Source of the DNA: Ramazzottius varieornatus
Taxonomy: Eukaryota > Animalia > Tardigrada
Direction: 5' to 3'
Length of the DNA stretch: 64,000 nt
Assembly: GCA_001949185.1 (NCBI GenBank)
Contig: BDGG01000006.1
Location: 602,827-666,826, forward strand
Position numbers and translations under genes: made by a program
Notes under the pieces: generated by a model
The model's input: only the letters and a program-made list of their open reading frames with translations
What the model was told of the DNA's origin: nothing
Database searches by the model: none
In this document: positions 38,548-55,904 of the stretch, piece by piece
How the letters are laid out: every line of letters begins with the position of its first letter
How positions within the stretch are numbered: position 1 is the first letter of the stretch

Positions 38548-39736
38548 ATGCAGTACTGCTTGGCTTTCTCCTTCTGCAGTCCGGCACGCCTGCGCCATCA
38601 TGTGCGAACATTGACTGTACTGATCTGGCTGTGTGACGTCATCTGGGCGCAGTTGATTTCTGGAGCGCACTCGGCCGGGGCCTCCAGTGTTAACCTCCAG
38701 GCTGACGCGCCCTTTCTTCCCTATGCTGAACTGTTCTCCGGAGAGGCTTTACAGCTGCAGAGACCGAAAGCCACACCGTTCGGCGTGACGTGCGATGGAA
38801 TTACTCAGGAATATTGCACCAAGCCGGGACAGTTTTACCCCAGGTGAAATGACGATACTGGCTGAAGTCATGTGCGGAAAAAGCCCCGTTCGGTACTGCC
38901 ATGTATCTTCACCTTACTGTGACATATTTACAGGAGCGAAATTTCCTTCTTCATCGATGAAAACCGCTCGATGATGAAGCGCATGTTCGGGACGGTGAGC
39001 TCGAGAAGCCTGTTACGGAAGGACGAAGAGGAAGTGGCAATGGATAACTCTGACTTGAGGAAGAAACGGATGGCAAAACCACCACAGACGCCTCAGCAGC
39101 TGTAACTCTCGATTCCTGAAATCCATTAACTTCGTATGGTCCCCGCCTGATTAGCCTTTGTTATTCTTTCTTGCAGGACAACGTATCTCTGTCCAGTCGA
39201 AGGTGAGCTTTCAGTGATTGCACTTCTTCGCGAAATGCAGCGTATCTGGCAGTGGCGCATGACATCAGTGAACAACCGTGCCAGCGCGAAGGGCTCCCTG
39301 ACGGCATGCGTGCTTACTGCAAGTACTCCCTCGTTGTCGCTTCACAGCTTTGACCAGGCTTTTACTCGATAAAGGCAGTGATGACAGGTTGGTTTACTTT
39401 CTAGAAGAGTTAGTAACGCCATTTTGGGCTGTGAACGGTACAGGAGTGCGTCTTGCCATCGTTAATAGCCCACCATTCGAGCAAGCCATCCACACGGTGA
39501 AATGTGCGCGAGGCCAGCCGGGGCGCTGTCATCCGACGCGGCCTTGCTGGTGTACCCAAGAGTATAGCTGGTTCCGCTTGCTGGCATATGATGCCACCGA
39601 CAACTGCAAGGGCATCTTCATGGACTGGTTCAAGTTTCCTTCCCACTGTGCCTGCAAGTGCGTACAAGCCGCCGCGGCCACCGCCGAAAATGGCGCCAGT
39701 GTACCAGTCAGCGTGGCGCCACTGCTCCCAACATAA
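38548..39736 (+). CDS. Spaetzle-family cystine-knot ligand (spz3/spz4 class, closer to spz4)
   Basis: YCTKPGQFYP|..FIDENRSMMKRMFG, RKKR site, CPVE|ELVTPFWAVN..AIVN..FEQAIH..C..RLLAYD..NCKGIFMDWFKFPSHCACKC. Confidence 0.9.
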
Positions 39737-40905
39737 GCTCCTTCACTTACTCCTCTGCCTTTTCTAACTTAACTCAAGTCATTGTTAAGTCACATAAAGA
39801 ACTGATGCGTGATTGACGTCCTGCCCCCATCATAAGAATAGCACAATGTCAGATTCAGATGAAATAGAATTTATCAGAATCAATATCATTGTGCGCGGCA
39901 GAGTTTTTGGTATAACCAATAGACCAACAGAGATTTGTAAGTTTTCGATCTGGTACAATGTATATACTGGTTGTCGGCAAATTTACGTAGGCAAGTGGCG
40001 CAGAATCCTATCTAAGGACGTGGTAACCTTGCGCCCCATAACGGTGACAGATGAGAAAGAAGCATCACGGTAAAATAAGAAAGGGCGCCACTAAACATGG
40101 GCCATAAATGGCGAAGGCGAACCAACCGAAAAGTTGTCGCTGAGAGCACATGAGGTAGCTCCTCGGATGAGAATTCGGGCTTGGATAGAGTGTTTGGCTT
40201 GTTTATCGATTTTTAAGTCTAGCTTTGATAAATGAGGACAGCCAATGGAATCATGGTGCGAGAAGGGAAGGACGCGGCGACCAGGACGTCACAGCAGCTG
40301 CAGCGATGGAAATGCGTCGGCGCGGCTGGCCAAATGATCAATGCAGCTGTAAAGCGCGTCTGCCCATCCTTCGGAGCTCTCGGTGGATTTAGTCACGTCG
40401 ACAAGGAGTTTACCAGTTTTAGTTGTAAAATACTTTGATAGCTGCCTTGAGCTTCTCCACACGGCCGACTCTGACGTTGCCTAGATTAGCGAAGGCTTAT
40501 AACGCCGTAAAACGCAAGCTCCGCCAGGATCATATGTCTCCCGCTGTCAACGTGACCGCAGGTAAGAAAATAATGCGGCTGACAAGTCACTAAAGCCTCA
40601 GCGTTCTTGCCAAAGCCCAGCAGCTTTAACCAACAAGTAAACATGGATAAAGCTTGACTAACTCTGCTTTAATTTGCCATTTTTCAATCCCGATGTTTTT
40701 TCGGCCAATCCAAATCGTTTTTGAATTCTGTGACCTTCTAAATGCACTTGTATTTCCGTTATTGTTGTCTCCGTATTGACAGATAAACAATTGGTTGCAC
40801 TAGAACGAGAGCAAAAATGGACGAGTATTTTCTGGACTTTACTTTTAGAAGAATTTTCAACAAAGCCATAAAGAGCTTTATTTGGCCAAGCTACTTGGAT
40901 AATCC

Positions 40906-45749
<4,844 letters not shown>

Positions 45750-46379
45750 CCGAAAATCTCCGTGAAAAAGATTAGATAACCAGACCGAATGTGGACCGAG
45801 CTTCTTCACAACGGAAATTTTACTGTTAGCGAACCGGTACGAAGGTTGGAAATTTTGTTTAGTACTTTATCCCCTCTTGGCTTCCCTCTTCTCTTGCCAT
45901 CATACCTGAAGGTTATTCGTGCTGAACATGTCTGTATTATCCCGATCTCTATTTTCATTTCTAGATGTCGTGTAATTGTGCAAATGATCTTCTAGTACTG
46001 TAGTTTTTACCACAACCATGCGAAAGCTGTTTATTTCAAACGAACAATCGGCCGAAGAAAAGACAACGATAAGGAGAAAAAAAGATTCGCTTGATGGACA
46101 AAGCTCAGTTCATATAACTTGCGAGAAAACATGCACAGACCGAAGAAACAGCACATGCAAAACCCATGCCGCGATTTATTACCAAAAGACGGACAGACAA
46201 ATTCGGAAAAATTCCAAGAGAAAAGAACAATTTTTATTCGACTGCCCATCTTCTCGAAAATATTCAGAAAATGTTCCACTGTAGACATACGTGTACGCTG
46301 ACAGGAGTTGAGTACAAACTTCCAGAAAAAATAGAGAGTTCACTATCTAGTCTTCTGCTTTGTGGCGCTAGATGGAGCT

Positions 46380-46690
46380 TGCGCCACCGTAAGCCCTCTC
46401 TTTACTCGCGTGTTCTCCTTCCCCTTTGCGGCAAACCTTGTGCACATTGTTGAGGTTGAAGCCCTTGTCATCATGGCCGATCTTGTCAATGCGCCACTAT
46501 GCCACCAAGCTGCACATCTCCTTCAGTTTCGCGTATTCCAGTAAGAAAGCTGGCTCTGTATTCCCTGTCTTGGCCAGGTCATTCAGAGTCGTTGGCTTGT
46601 ACACACCTTAGACTCGTCCTGTCTAAGGAATGTGGCCATGGCCATGGACAAAGCTTGCTTAACTGGTTTCGCAGTTTGTCTTAGGTTTTT
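46380..46690 (-). pseudogene. Decayed second BEN-domain copy
   Basis: KQALSMAMATFLRQDESKVCT / (frameshift) EPAFLLEYAKLKEMCSLVA*WRIDKIG aligns with the upstream BEN domain (KEAVRLVVDALF..GVCT..SDAFLLDQEKLMVARELVVKWMDAKTG). Confidence 0.65.
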
Positions 46691-47196
46691 GGTTAGGCTT
46701 TGAATGTCAGTGTCTGCAACGGGACCTGAACGCTGAACTTCCGGGCCTGTGTGAGTGTGCACTGTGTTTGTGCGTTCTGGTGGTGACTTGAGAGCCGATG
46801 TGAGCTCTTTCGAATTGACAGACTTCGAACGGGTTTGAGCTGCGATGTATACGCCGCTCGAACCTTGGCTGGAAAGCAGACCTGCGAAAACCTGATCGCC
46901 ATCATCTGGGTCAGAGCTCTCGTTCTACTGGTTTCTTCTATTCCATTCAAATGATGATCCATTAGAAATTCCGTCCAAAACATACAAAAATGTTGAATGG
47001 CTACCAACAAACAATTTTACTGAAAACGCGAAAAGTAATGTCGCGCAATGCAGCTTCAGCTGATTAAATTTTGATGGAAAAACTTCCGCGAGGTGGAAGA
47101 ATGTGCATTTTCCTCAGGCACCTAGGCCAAACAAGACAAGTATCCACTAAAAGAAATAAATGTTTGTGACAGTAATTCGATCGTGTGATGTTCCTA

Positions 47197-49246
47197 TCAT
47201 CGGGCTTTAGGTTTTCTGCTTTTCTTGTTGGCGCTGTTACCTCGAGGAGGCGGAAGCTTCCTTGTGGCCCGGGCTTTCTTCTTGAATTCGCGGAAAAATT
47301 TGTACAAGTGTTACGTCTTGAACAGATTTGCCGAAGTGGACGTGCCAGTCTTGGCGTCCATCCATTTTACCACCAGTTCCCGCGCGACCATCAATTTCTC
47401 TTGATCCAACAGGAAGGCGTCACTTTCGACCTGCAGCTTCCTGATGGCTGTCAGGGCTCGCTCCGTACAGACACCGCTCAACAATTCATCTTCCAGGAAA
47501 AGAGCATCCACTACCAACCTGACTGCCTCCTTCTGCTTCTTTACCTTCTCCAACATCAGCTTGGACAGGAAGTTGACATTGATGTCAGCCAGGTTCCGGA
47601 CAGAAGTGCTGGCGGAAGAGGTAGAGGGGCCAGCAGACGGAACTGGTGCTGCGGCGGCAGGTGGCGCTGCGGTGCGCAGGGAGAGGGTGGAGGGCCGTGC
47701 AGGTTCAGCAGGTCTCATCGACTTGGCTCGGCTTCTGGCTCGGTATCGAGCAGGTCTAGCACGTACTTCTGGAGATTCGACGACGGCTTCTTCCAGTTCC
47801 GAATCTTGATCAGGCTCTGAATCCGAGGAGTTGTCCCGCTCCATAACGGAAGCCGCTCGTTTTGCTCGCATGCAGTGCATGCTGCGCATGACTGGCAGGG
47901 TTGGTTGGACTGGCGTTCTTCGTTCCCTGACTGCAGACTAGAGCAAAGGGAAAGCGGAAAAAGAATTCTCGCCAGTTTGAAACGCGAAAGGAATTTTTCC
48001 AGAGTGATATTAATACAAAGATATACCTTTGTCGCAGGCTCGGGCTTAGGACAGTTATGCGCCACTCTGGGGAAGTTACGTCCGTTGGATGCGGGAGGAG
48101 CAATAAATTTTGCAGGGACGATATAGGTGCGTGAGTTCTGAGCGTCTGATGAAGGCTTTCGAAAAGCCGAGCGCAACTGAACGTTCTGGATAAAAGCATG
48201 CAGCGTAAACATTTCCCTCGTTGGTAAACTGGTGACTATCGGTGTCGAAGACTGATAATGGCTGTAGATAAAGTACAGTATATTTTTCATACCCACAGGG
48301 TTACTGGCGTTTGGACCGGGGACGAGTTGTGAGAAGTTGGTGAGACAACTGGATCTGCTTGGCTGGAAACAGGATGCACAGGACCGACCTGTTGAGATGT
48401 CTGGGCACGCTTCCGGCTGGTGGAGCGAAGAGGGACGTCGTGGAAAAATTCGCTATTTCAATAAAAATTCCCATTGTAATTATCATCTAATGTCCAACTT
48501 TCAACCCCCGCGTCAGTCTAGAAAGCTGACCTGTGGAGTCGAGGGCCGAGATGTAGTCGGAAGTAGTTGGCTGGGTACAGAGGGTGGAGTGGTGGCTTCC
48601 GGAATTCGCGCAGAATGTAGAACCGGTCGTAACGGACCGTTCTAGAAATTTCGGGTGGTTATTCTTCGTGATAAATTCGCTTTTAAGAATCTAACATTGG
48701 GTAATTGAAGGTCACCTACTTGAAGGGTGGAGAGCCTCGAATTCGAATCGGCAGATGGCAAATGGACGTTCTGGGCAGCGGGTGGAAGAAGAGGTTCAGG
48801 CTGCTTCGTTGCTGTGAGTGAAGCCGTAGGAATCTTGGACCGTCGCTTGAGCCTTTCGATGTGCATGATGCCCCGGGCCTCCAACATTATCTGGTCTTGA
48901 ACTACAGGATCACCAAGTTCAGCCAGCGTTTTGACTATCAGAACATATCTTTTATATTTAACAGACATACTGGAAAAATCAAGGGCAATGTGATACTGTA
49001 TATACTTGATGCTGGCATCATGCTGAGGACCAGACAGTTGTGATCCACTCCGTCAATGTCCACTTGACAGACGGTAGTCTCCTCGATGTCATCTACGGTC
49101 TCGTTAGGGTTGATGGGGCGAAGTTTGCTCAGCGGCCAAGCCTGGACGTAGGAGACAGCCGATGGTACATGGTGAGGGTTCCGATGGTAGTTGTCCGGGT
49201 AGAAGACTATGACGTTGACCGAACTGCCGTTATCCACAGCCGCCAT
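47197..49246 (-). CDS. BEN-domain protein, multi-exon, with an in-frame TAA inside the domain (possible pseudogene)
   Basis: AVRLVVDALFLEDELL..LLDQEKLMVARELVVKW..FKT*HLYKFFREFKKKAR. Upstream Pro/Ser-rich exons are only approximately placed. Confidence 0.65.
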
Positions 49247-49850
49247 GACTGGAGAACGTGGAGGTAAACGTTGGAACATAAGTATTTCGGGTCCAAAGCA
49301 ATGAAAAAACGTGAGGAAATGGCAAGGTGGCGTGAAGTAGCGGAAGAAGAAGCCGTGCTCACAAGATGGCCGAGTGGAAACTGCAAAAACGAACTGCAGC
49401 GAAGTCGCTTGCAAAGTCAAAGCAACCCGGATTCACACATACGTGTTAGGCTGAGGTAATTCTCTGGAAGACAATGGTGGCTTTGTGAAAGAGATCCGCT
49501 TTCGGAGAACGTTCTCTTTCTGCCCTTGGTACCCTATTGTAAGTTCTACTTTTCCCCAGCGCGAACCGCCTTTGGCTATGCGGTTATAAGCTTAAACGGC
49601 GTATGTTGTCACATCTAGATCTTGTACTCGAAGTTCTGCAGTAGATTAGGGTTTGCAATTTGCTATCTTTATGTCTCAATTCCTAAACTTTGCAGTCGTG
49701 ACGCGAGCTCGAGAATGATGATATTTAATCATGGGACCATCTTTTTGCCCGTGCAAAAATTTAGGAGGAGTACTGGACCACTGTGATAGCTTGTGAGCGA
49801 AGAGGGATTACAACATCTTCCTGAAACATTGATTTACAAAGAATTGCGCT

Positions 49851-50777
49851 TCATAATCGTATAGTGTACGCATTCATCAAGGACGCTTCATGCTCCCTGG
49901 CTCTTAGTCGAAGATGATTTAAACTTTGGTGAAAATACTGATGTGTCCAGTCCGCCGAGTGAAGGGCTGGAAAATATTGGGACTGTGGTGCTCCGTAAGA
50001 AGGCAGCTCGTGTGGAAAGTGTGGCGTGTTCGCCAAGAAACCATTCTGTGCCATCCCTAAAATACAAACTCACTGAAGTGGGAGCAAATATTTTATCCCA
50101 AGTATCATCTTTCACCAGCAACCCGTATCTCGCACTCCAGGAATTCTTGATCAAAATTCTTGAACCATCGCTGACCGACTGAGTGAATTTTTTAATTTAC
50201 CTTTGGGCTGATTCTTGTGATGAGCAAAAGTAGCGCCGGGCGATCCAGCATGATTAGTCGAAGAAACTGGCTCCTGTCCGCAACCTTCAGGATACTGTTT
50301 AGAGCCCTTGCTGGCGGCAGCGTATCCTACGTTCAAATGGTCGTCCAGGTCAGGTCCTTGGTTGCTCTCAATATCCTCATCATCATCGGAGCACACCTGG
50401 TTCTTCTGGCGTTTGCGGAACTTGGCTCGTCGATTCTTGAACCACACCTGAATGCGCGACTCCGGTAAGCTAGTCAGGTGCGCAAGTTGTTCTCGAAGGC
50501 CCACGTCAGGGTAGTGAGTCTTGCCGAAGGTCTTTTCCAGTGTTGTTAATTGTTGATTAGTGAAAGCCGTTCGACTTCTTCGTTGCTTCCTGGTTGAAGC
50601 GGAGGTTTCCACTGGACAAGCATTATGGTGGGACGTTAACAGCGGCCCACTTAAACCTCCGGAGAATAAAGGATGGAGTCTTTGGGTGTTGGATAATAAG
50701 CCATTATGATAAAAGTCATTGGCACCGATTTCGGATGGAACGTATGGGAACGGTAGTCCGTATGAGTAAGGATGCAT
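49851..50777 (-). CDS. Dmbx: Diencephalon/mesencephalon homeobox (K50 PRD-class, OAR)
   Basis: [63 protein letters not shown]. Intron 50200-50057. OAR-like [13 protein letters not shown] in exon 2. Confidence 0.9.
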
Positions 50778-53199
50778 AGTGCGGAAAGGTCACGCTGGAC
50801 AATTTATGTCGGAGAGAAGCGCCAAGGAGGAGGCGATCGAATGACGAACGCAGATGTTGCAGTTGACTTTGGCTGCCGAAGCAAATTACTCAAAGGAACG
50901 GAAATGTGCGTCGTGGCTGGAAACGATCGAGGAAGGAACGAACACACAGGCAGATCGGGTTCGAATGTTGCGGCTAAACAGGAATGAAAATCAAATCCCT
51001 CTTAGGGAAGCCCCGGCTTAGCCAATAACCCATAAGACTCAATACTCCTCAACGCAAACTTGCATTTCATCCGTAAAAGCCAAAGCTGCTTTGAGCCCTG
51101 CTCCAGCTGAAAATCACGACATCACCGACAGATTATCGGGCGGATTGCTGCTGCCTTATCCATAAAGCCGTCCATTTAGCCAATGAGTAGGCGTAGGCCT
51201 TATGAGCATGGCCTACCTAGTGGCAAACAGATTTAGGACCAGAACCGACTGTCGAAGAATAACCTTTCCGCCACCGAGTAGGAATAGAACCAGCTGAAGC
51301 GTACTGCGTGACCATAGTAGGACTTGTTCTTACACTCGGGCAAAATATCATGGGAACAAGTCCTACCGGCTGTAGGAAAGACCAGCCTTCGTGCTTTGCA
51401 GAAAAGAATGAATTAGTACGTGGAGAGCAAAATTTGATCCTGGTGATCCGATTGGCCAACAAGCCTTCCTTATGAATATAATGCAATTTGATTCCTAGGC
51501 AAACACGGCGCTTCATTCAATCAGGGATTTGTGTATTGGCTGTACGTGTGTGTTTTGTGAACAGTTTTGTCACTGTTTTGCCTGAAGGCTGGCTGAATAT
51601 GCCCGAATATTGTGTGGCACTTTTCGCTCAAGAATTCAAAAGGCGAAGGTGGTCGGTCACCCGAGCTGGTCCGCAATCGGCTCAATTAACTGCCGCTATG
51701 TGGCGAAAATGCAGCCATACAACAGCCTCAAGCTTGTACAAAAGCACGGTATTAACGGCTAAACCCAAATCCGATATATATTATGGATTTGCGTCTAATC
51801 TCTTAAAACTTTCATCCATTCATCTGACGACAGCTAATCGCCCATCCTGTTTCTTTTCATCGATCAAAGACGGCAGTTTCGGGCTTTTGCCAGAGCAGTG
51901 AACAGCCACGAATTCAGGAACGACGTTGGTCGTTCTACCGTTCAGAAAATACTGGAAAGACGCGACACTCATGCGAAATCGTCTGTCCGGTTGCCGACGC
52001 TAAATTGTCGTGCGGAAGACTGTTGCTCACACTAGCAATGTAGAAACTTTTGGGGGGTAAGGAACAACATCAAAGAACTATCTGTTGTCAGCGAATAATC
52101 ACGGCCTCTCTACCAGGAAAACAACTCTCTGGAACAACTTCACAGAAAAGAAGTTTCTTACTGTGGTGTATTCGTGACCTGGTCTTGACCACTGCCGAGT
52201 ACGGTTTCATTCTACAGAGCCATTTTCTACAGTTTTGCTTACAATGCTCTGCAATAACAATTATACGAACGAAAAGTGGCGCAAATGATTATTCTACCCC
52301 GTAAACGTAGCGCAATAAAACCAAGAAAATTTGTTCCGCTGAAGGAATGGTGGCAAAACAGTGTCCATCATTGGATCAAAGCTGTGAAGTGGAGAAGCTG
52401 CAAGCTGGCATGTTGAGCAGCTCGTTGTCAGGTCATTGGGAGCTTAGTGGAGACACTTAGCGGTGGCAATGTGGTAGCGGTCACAGGATCAAGAGGCGTG
52501 AAATGGCTGCCAAGTACACCGTGTACTTTGAGCAGCTTCTGATCGCTCATTATTAATTAGCACTGCGGCGTGTCCATTGTCAAGGAACTTAAGCATGTTG
52601 GGAAGGAAGCTTGGCTTAACGAGTGGGGCGGGCTGTGCTGGCTGGGCTCTCTTGCAGATTAGGAGCAGGTACAAAGCATGATCCCCCGCACAATCTCCCT
52701 GATCGGCCTTTTCAAGACCTCTTTGACAAACACCTGCGCAAACAGAACAAATATGCCTCTTTACATGGCAAATCTGTTTGTACAGCTAATAGACTGCACT
52801 GAGTGGCCCACGGAGCTAATTGTTTTCTTTCACCTTCTCCATTGTCAGCTACGCGGCTTCAGATCTGTCTGATCAAGGAGCCATTCTCTTAATCGGGAAA
52901 ATTCTCAAACGTCGGTGACACCGTCCGACATTTTTCCGCATGACGCAAAGACATATGGACTTCCGGGTACGAAAGCTGGTAGACGAACGCCGAAGTACGC
53001 CGTAATCCGTGCACTTTACATTGTTCGTGTGTTTCAGCCATATATACGAAACGAAAAATATTCGTGATTGGTAGGTATCGTTCCAAAACGGATGTTGGAT
53101 TTGGCACAAAAAGGAAACGGCGGTGGTTCCAAGTCTGGAATCTGTTGGAGTTTATCCGTCCCAACAAGAAGTCTTCCGAAAAAGGCCAGGTCGAGCGAT

Positions 53200-53310
53200 G
53201 GAAGTTTGCGGCCATCGCAACCTCCCACTGTGGTCACCTTGAGGTCGTACAAGCAATTCTCGCAGTACCAGGAGCAAAGCCTAACTTATCTAACTCGCAA
53301 AACTAGCGAC
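53200..53310 (+). pseudogene. Isolated ankyrin-repeat fragment
   Basis: AIATSHCGHLEVVQAILAVPGAKPNLSNSQN* fits one ankyrin repeat. No surrounding gene recognised. Confidence 0.5.
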
Positions 53311-55904
53311 TACTTTTCTAACTGACAACTTTCTCAATAGTCTTCCAGCCAGAAATAGTCAAATTTATTTGTGAATTTTTCTCATCACTTTGCCTCAATC
53401 TGGACCAGATTGGTTCATAAATAAGTGACAGATCCAAGGGAAATTGATCAGGAAGGACGGTCGTTTGAAAATGGCTTCCGATATTACGGAAAGCACTTTC
53501 TGCAGAGGGCGTACGGTAGCTAAGATCAGATGATTCAGTTAACCGCGTATGTGCGCTCCTAAATAGAAATCGCGCAGTTGTGGCGCCGCGTCACTACAGA
53601 TTTACGGCTGGGTTCTATTCGAAACCGGAACAGCTAAAACTTTGCTAATTTCCGAGCGAGTTGTTGGCAACTCTGCATGGTGGTTCAGTGGTATGTAACG
53701 ACGACAGTAGACATAATCTGTCTGCGTGGTAGGTGCACACTGACGGCTACCATCATTTCTATCAGCTAAAACTGTGCTAACTCTTGCTCGGTCGTTTTAG
53801 CGGCGAAAGCGTAGTTCAGTCATAGTTTCCCGTTTAATAAATGTACCTGGAGCGTACTACTTATTTCATCCTCACTAAATCATCCGGGTAGGTGGAGCCA
53901 CTTGTACACAGAGCGACCTTAGTATTGCTCAGTTTCTAGATCAGAGGGAGATGAAAGCTTTTGTCTGTCGGCAAGTACCGGAAGCACTGATTCTACACCA
54001 AAGGAAATCAAACTTCGTGTACAGAAGAGCTAGGCGGTTCGAATGAGAGGCGTCTCGGGAATCTCCGCGCAACCAGTCCCGGATCAAAAAGCCTGTTTTT
54101 AAACATCAAATAGGCTAAAAAAATAGGCTTTTTCTGTCTGAAAACAGGCAGTTTTGGAACACGGACAAATATTTATTCAGTACCAAAAAAGCTATGGTTT
54201 AGCTATCCCTTCGACCAAAAATATCAGCGTAATTCAGACGCGAATTCTGCTGTGCTTCCTAGCTAAAGGAAAGGTGAAAAACATAGTTTTTGGTTGTAAA
54301 TTTAACTTAATTGAAACTTGTCCAACCACGATAAACTTCTTAAAATACCAAAAAGACAGTGAGTTTCAAAATTGCACAAAATGAAGCAGATAAACAACCG
54401 AAAGCGAAAGACACTATAGTCACCGAGCTTGGAAAGACTTTCCTTAAGGCCGCAACAGTACGGTCCAAACAGAAAAGAATAACTACAAAAAGGTGGAAAA
54501 AGAGACGTTTCTTTTCAAGTGAGTTGAGATGACCTGTAAATTGAAGCAGTAGTTAGCCATCAAGTAGCCAGAATGTTCATCAAAGAACATCCAAAATGGC
54601 ATCAGTCCCGAGCAGAATAAGATACCTACCGGCCAGTTTACGTAGTGAAATCCACGAGCTCGCTATTCGAACGAAGCTTTCGTCGTGCTTGCTGCACGTG
54701 TCTTGTGATGCGCTATCCGTATCATGTAAAGGGAACAACCTCGTGACCTGCAAGATGAGGATCATCGTATTATTATAAGAAGTTAGTCAACGCAAGCACA
54801 GTCAACGATGCCACAGGCACCAAAGGACTGGTAACGGCTTGGCACGCACAAGCAAGACTCTCTTGGTAGCCCTAGTCAGCAATTGCGGGGTCTAAAGAGT
54901 GAGGTACTGAAGTTGCAGTTGATGTCGCCGAGCTCGGGCAAAAGACGACGAAAAGCGACGTGATCGAACGAGATCGCCACACGGTAGCCAAACGCAATCC
55001 GTCCAATTCCCTTGTCATGCTAGTTTGCAGGGCAGTGGCGTTCTCGTCTACAGAGCGGGTACTCTGCCGATCACGGAAATATTTCCATGAAGCTTAGCTT
55101 CTGGAAGCCGATCACACGATAGGATCGGTTGCTCCGAAGAAAGGGGAGAGTTTAGAAAAGCAAAATTCAAAATGGCCTCTTGTTCAAAACAGAACTAATA
55201 AATCAAGCCGGGCGCGGTTGATTCAAGTAGAGGAAAATTTCCAGCTGTATTAGTGAGGCTCCGCCTTCACCCGTTCCCTGTTCGGCCTGAGCTTTTTCAG
55301 AGCGTACAACCGAATTGGCTGAAAAATCAGCCACAAAACCAAATGCTCCACCTGATTAACTACTCTGTCGCTCTGCTTTGATACAGCAGTGCGCGAGTGA
55401 ATCGGGCAATTTTAACCGGGAGTGCTGCCGCAGCCCACCAAGACGTGACAAAGCGGGGACGATCGATCTTAATAGCCTTGGCCAGATCGATGTGCAAATC
55501 TGGCACGGTAGACAGTACTTAACGCGCTCCGACAGGCACAGCGCCAATAAAAAAGGGAAGCAGGGTTTGTGGTCTTGATGAGTATATGCCTTTGCTGGCA
55601 GAGGGGACTGCATGCCTAGATCAACACAGGAAACATAGTGCCAGCTCGTCTTGCCTGCGCCAAGCTTCTCCACGCGAAGCTCCAACCCCTGACGCGAGTC
55701 TCTGCTTCTCTGGATGATCAACCGAAAACGCTCGCTTTACAATTGTTAAACCCTAAGCAATGCTTTTCTCGCACCCGACTTTTACTGTTATGCCGTAGTC
55801 TAGCAGAATTTTCTATGCACAAGTACTAGTGCCTTCCATTTTTCTTCGGATTAAGTAACGCATCGTGGACGACAGTCGACCATAGATCTCAGGACGTCTG
55901 TGAA

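Noticed and set aside
47185-47820. 211-aa plus-strand ORF, and similar antisense ORFs over AK7, Pitx and the GPCR
   Set aside because: Shadow frames of GC-rich exons on the opposite strand.
51000-55900. Possible genes among the short ORFs upstream of Dmbx
   Set aside because: Apart from one ankyrin fragment, no coherent spliced model or domain could be supported.
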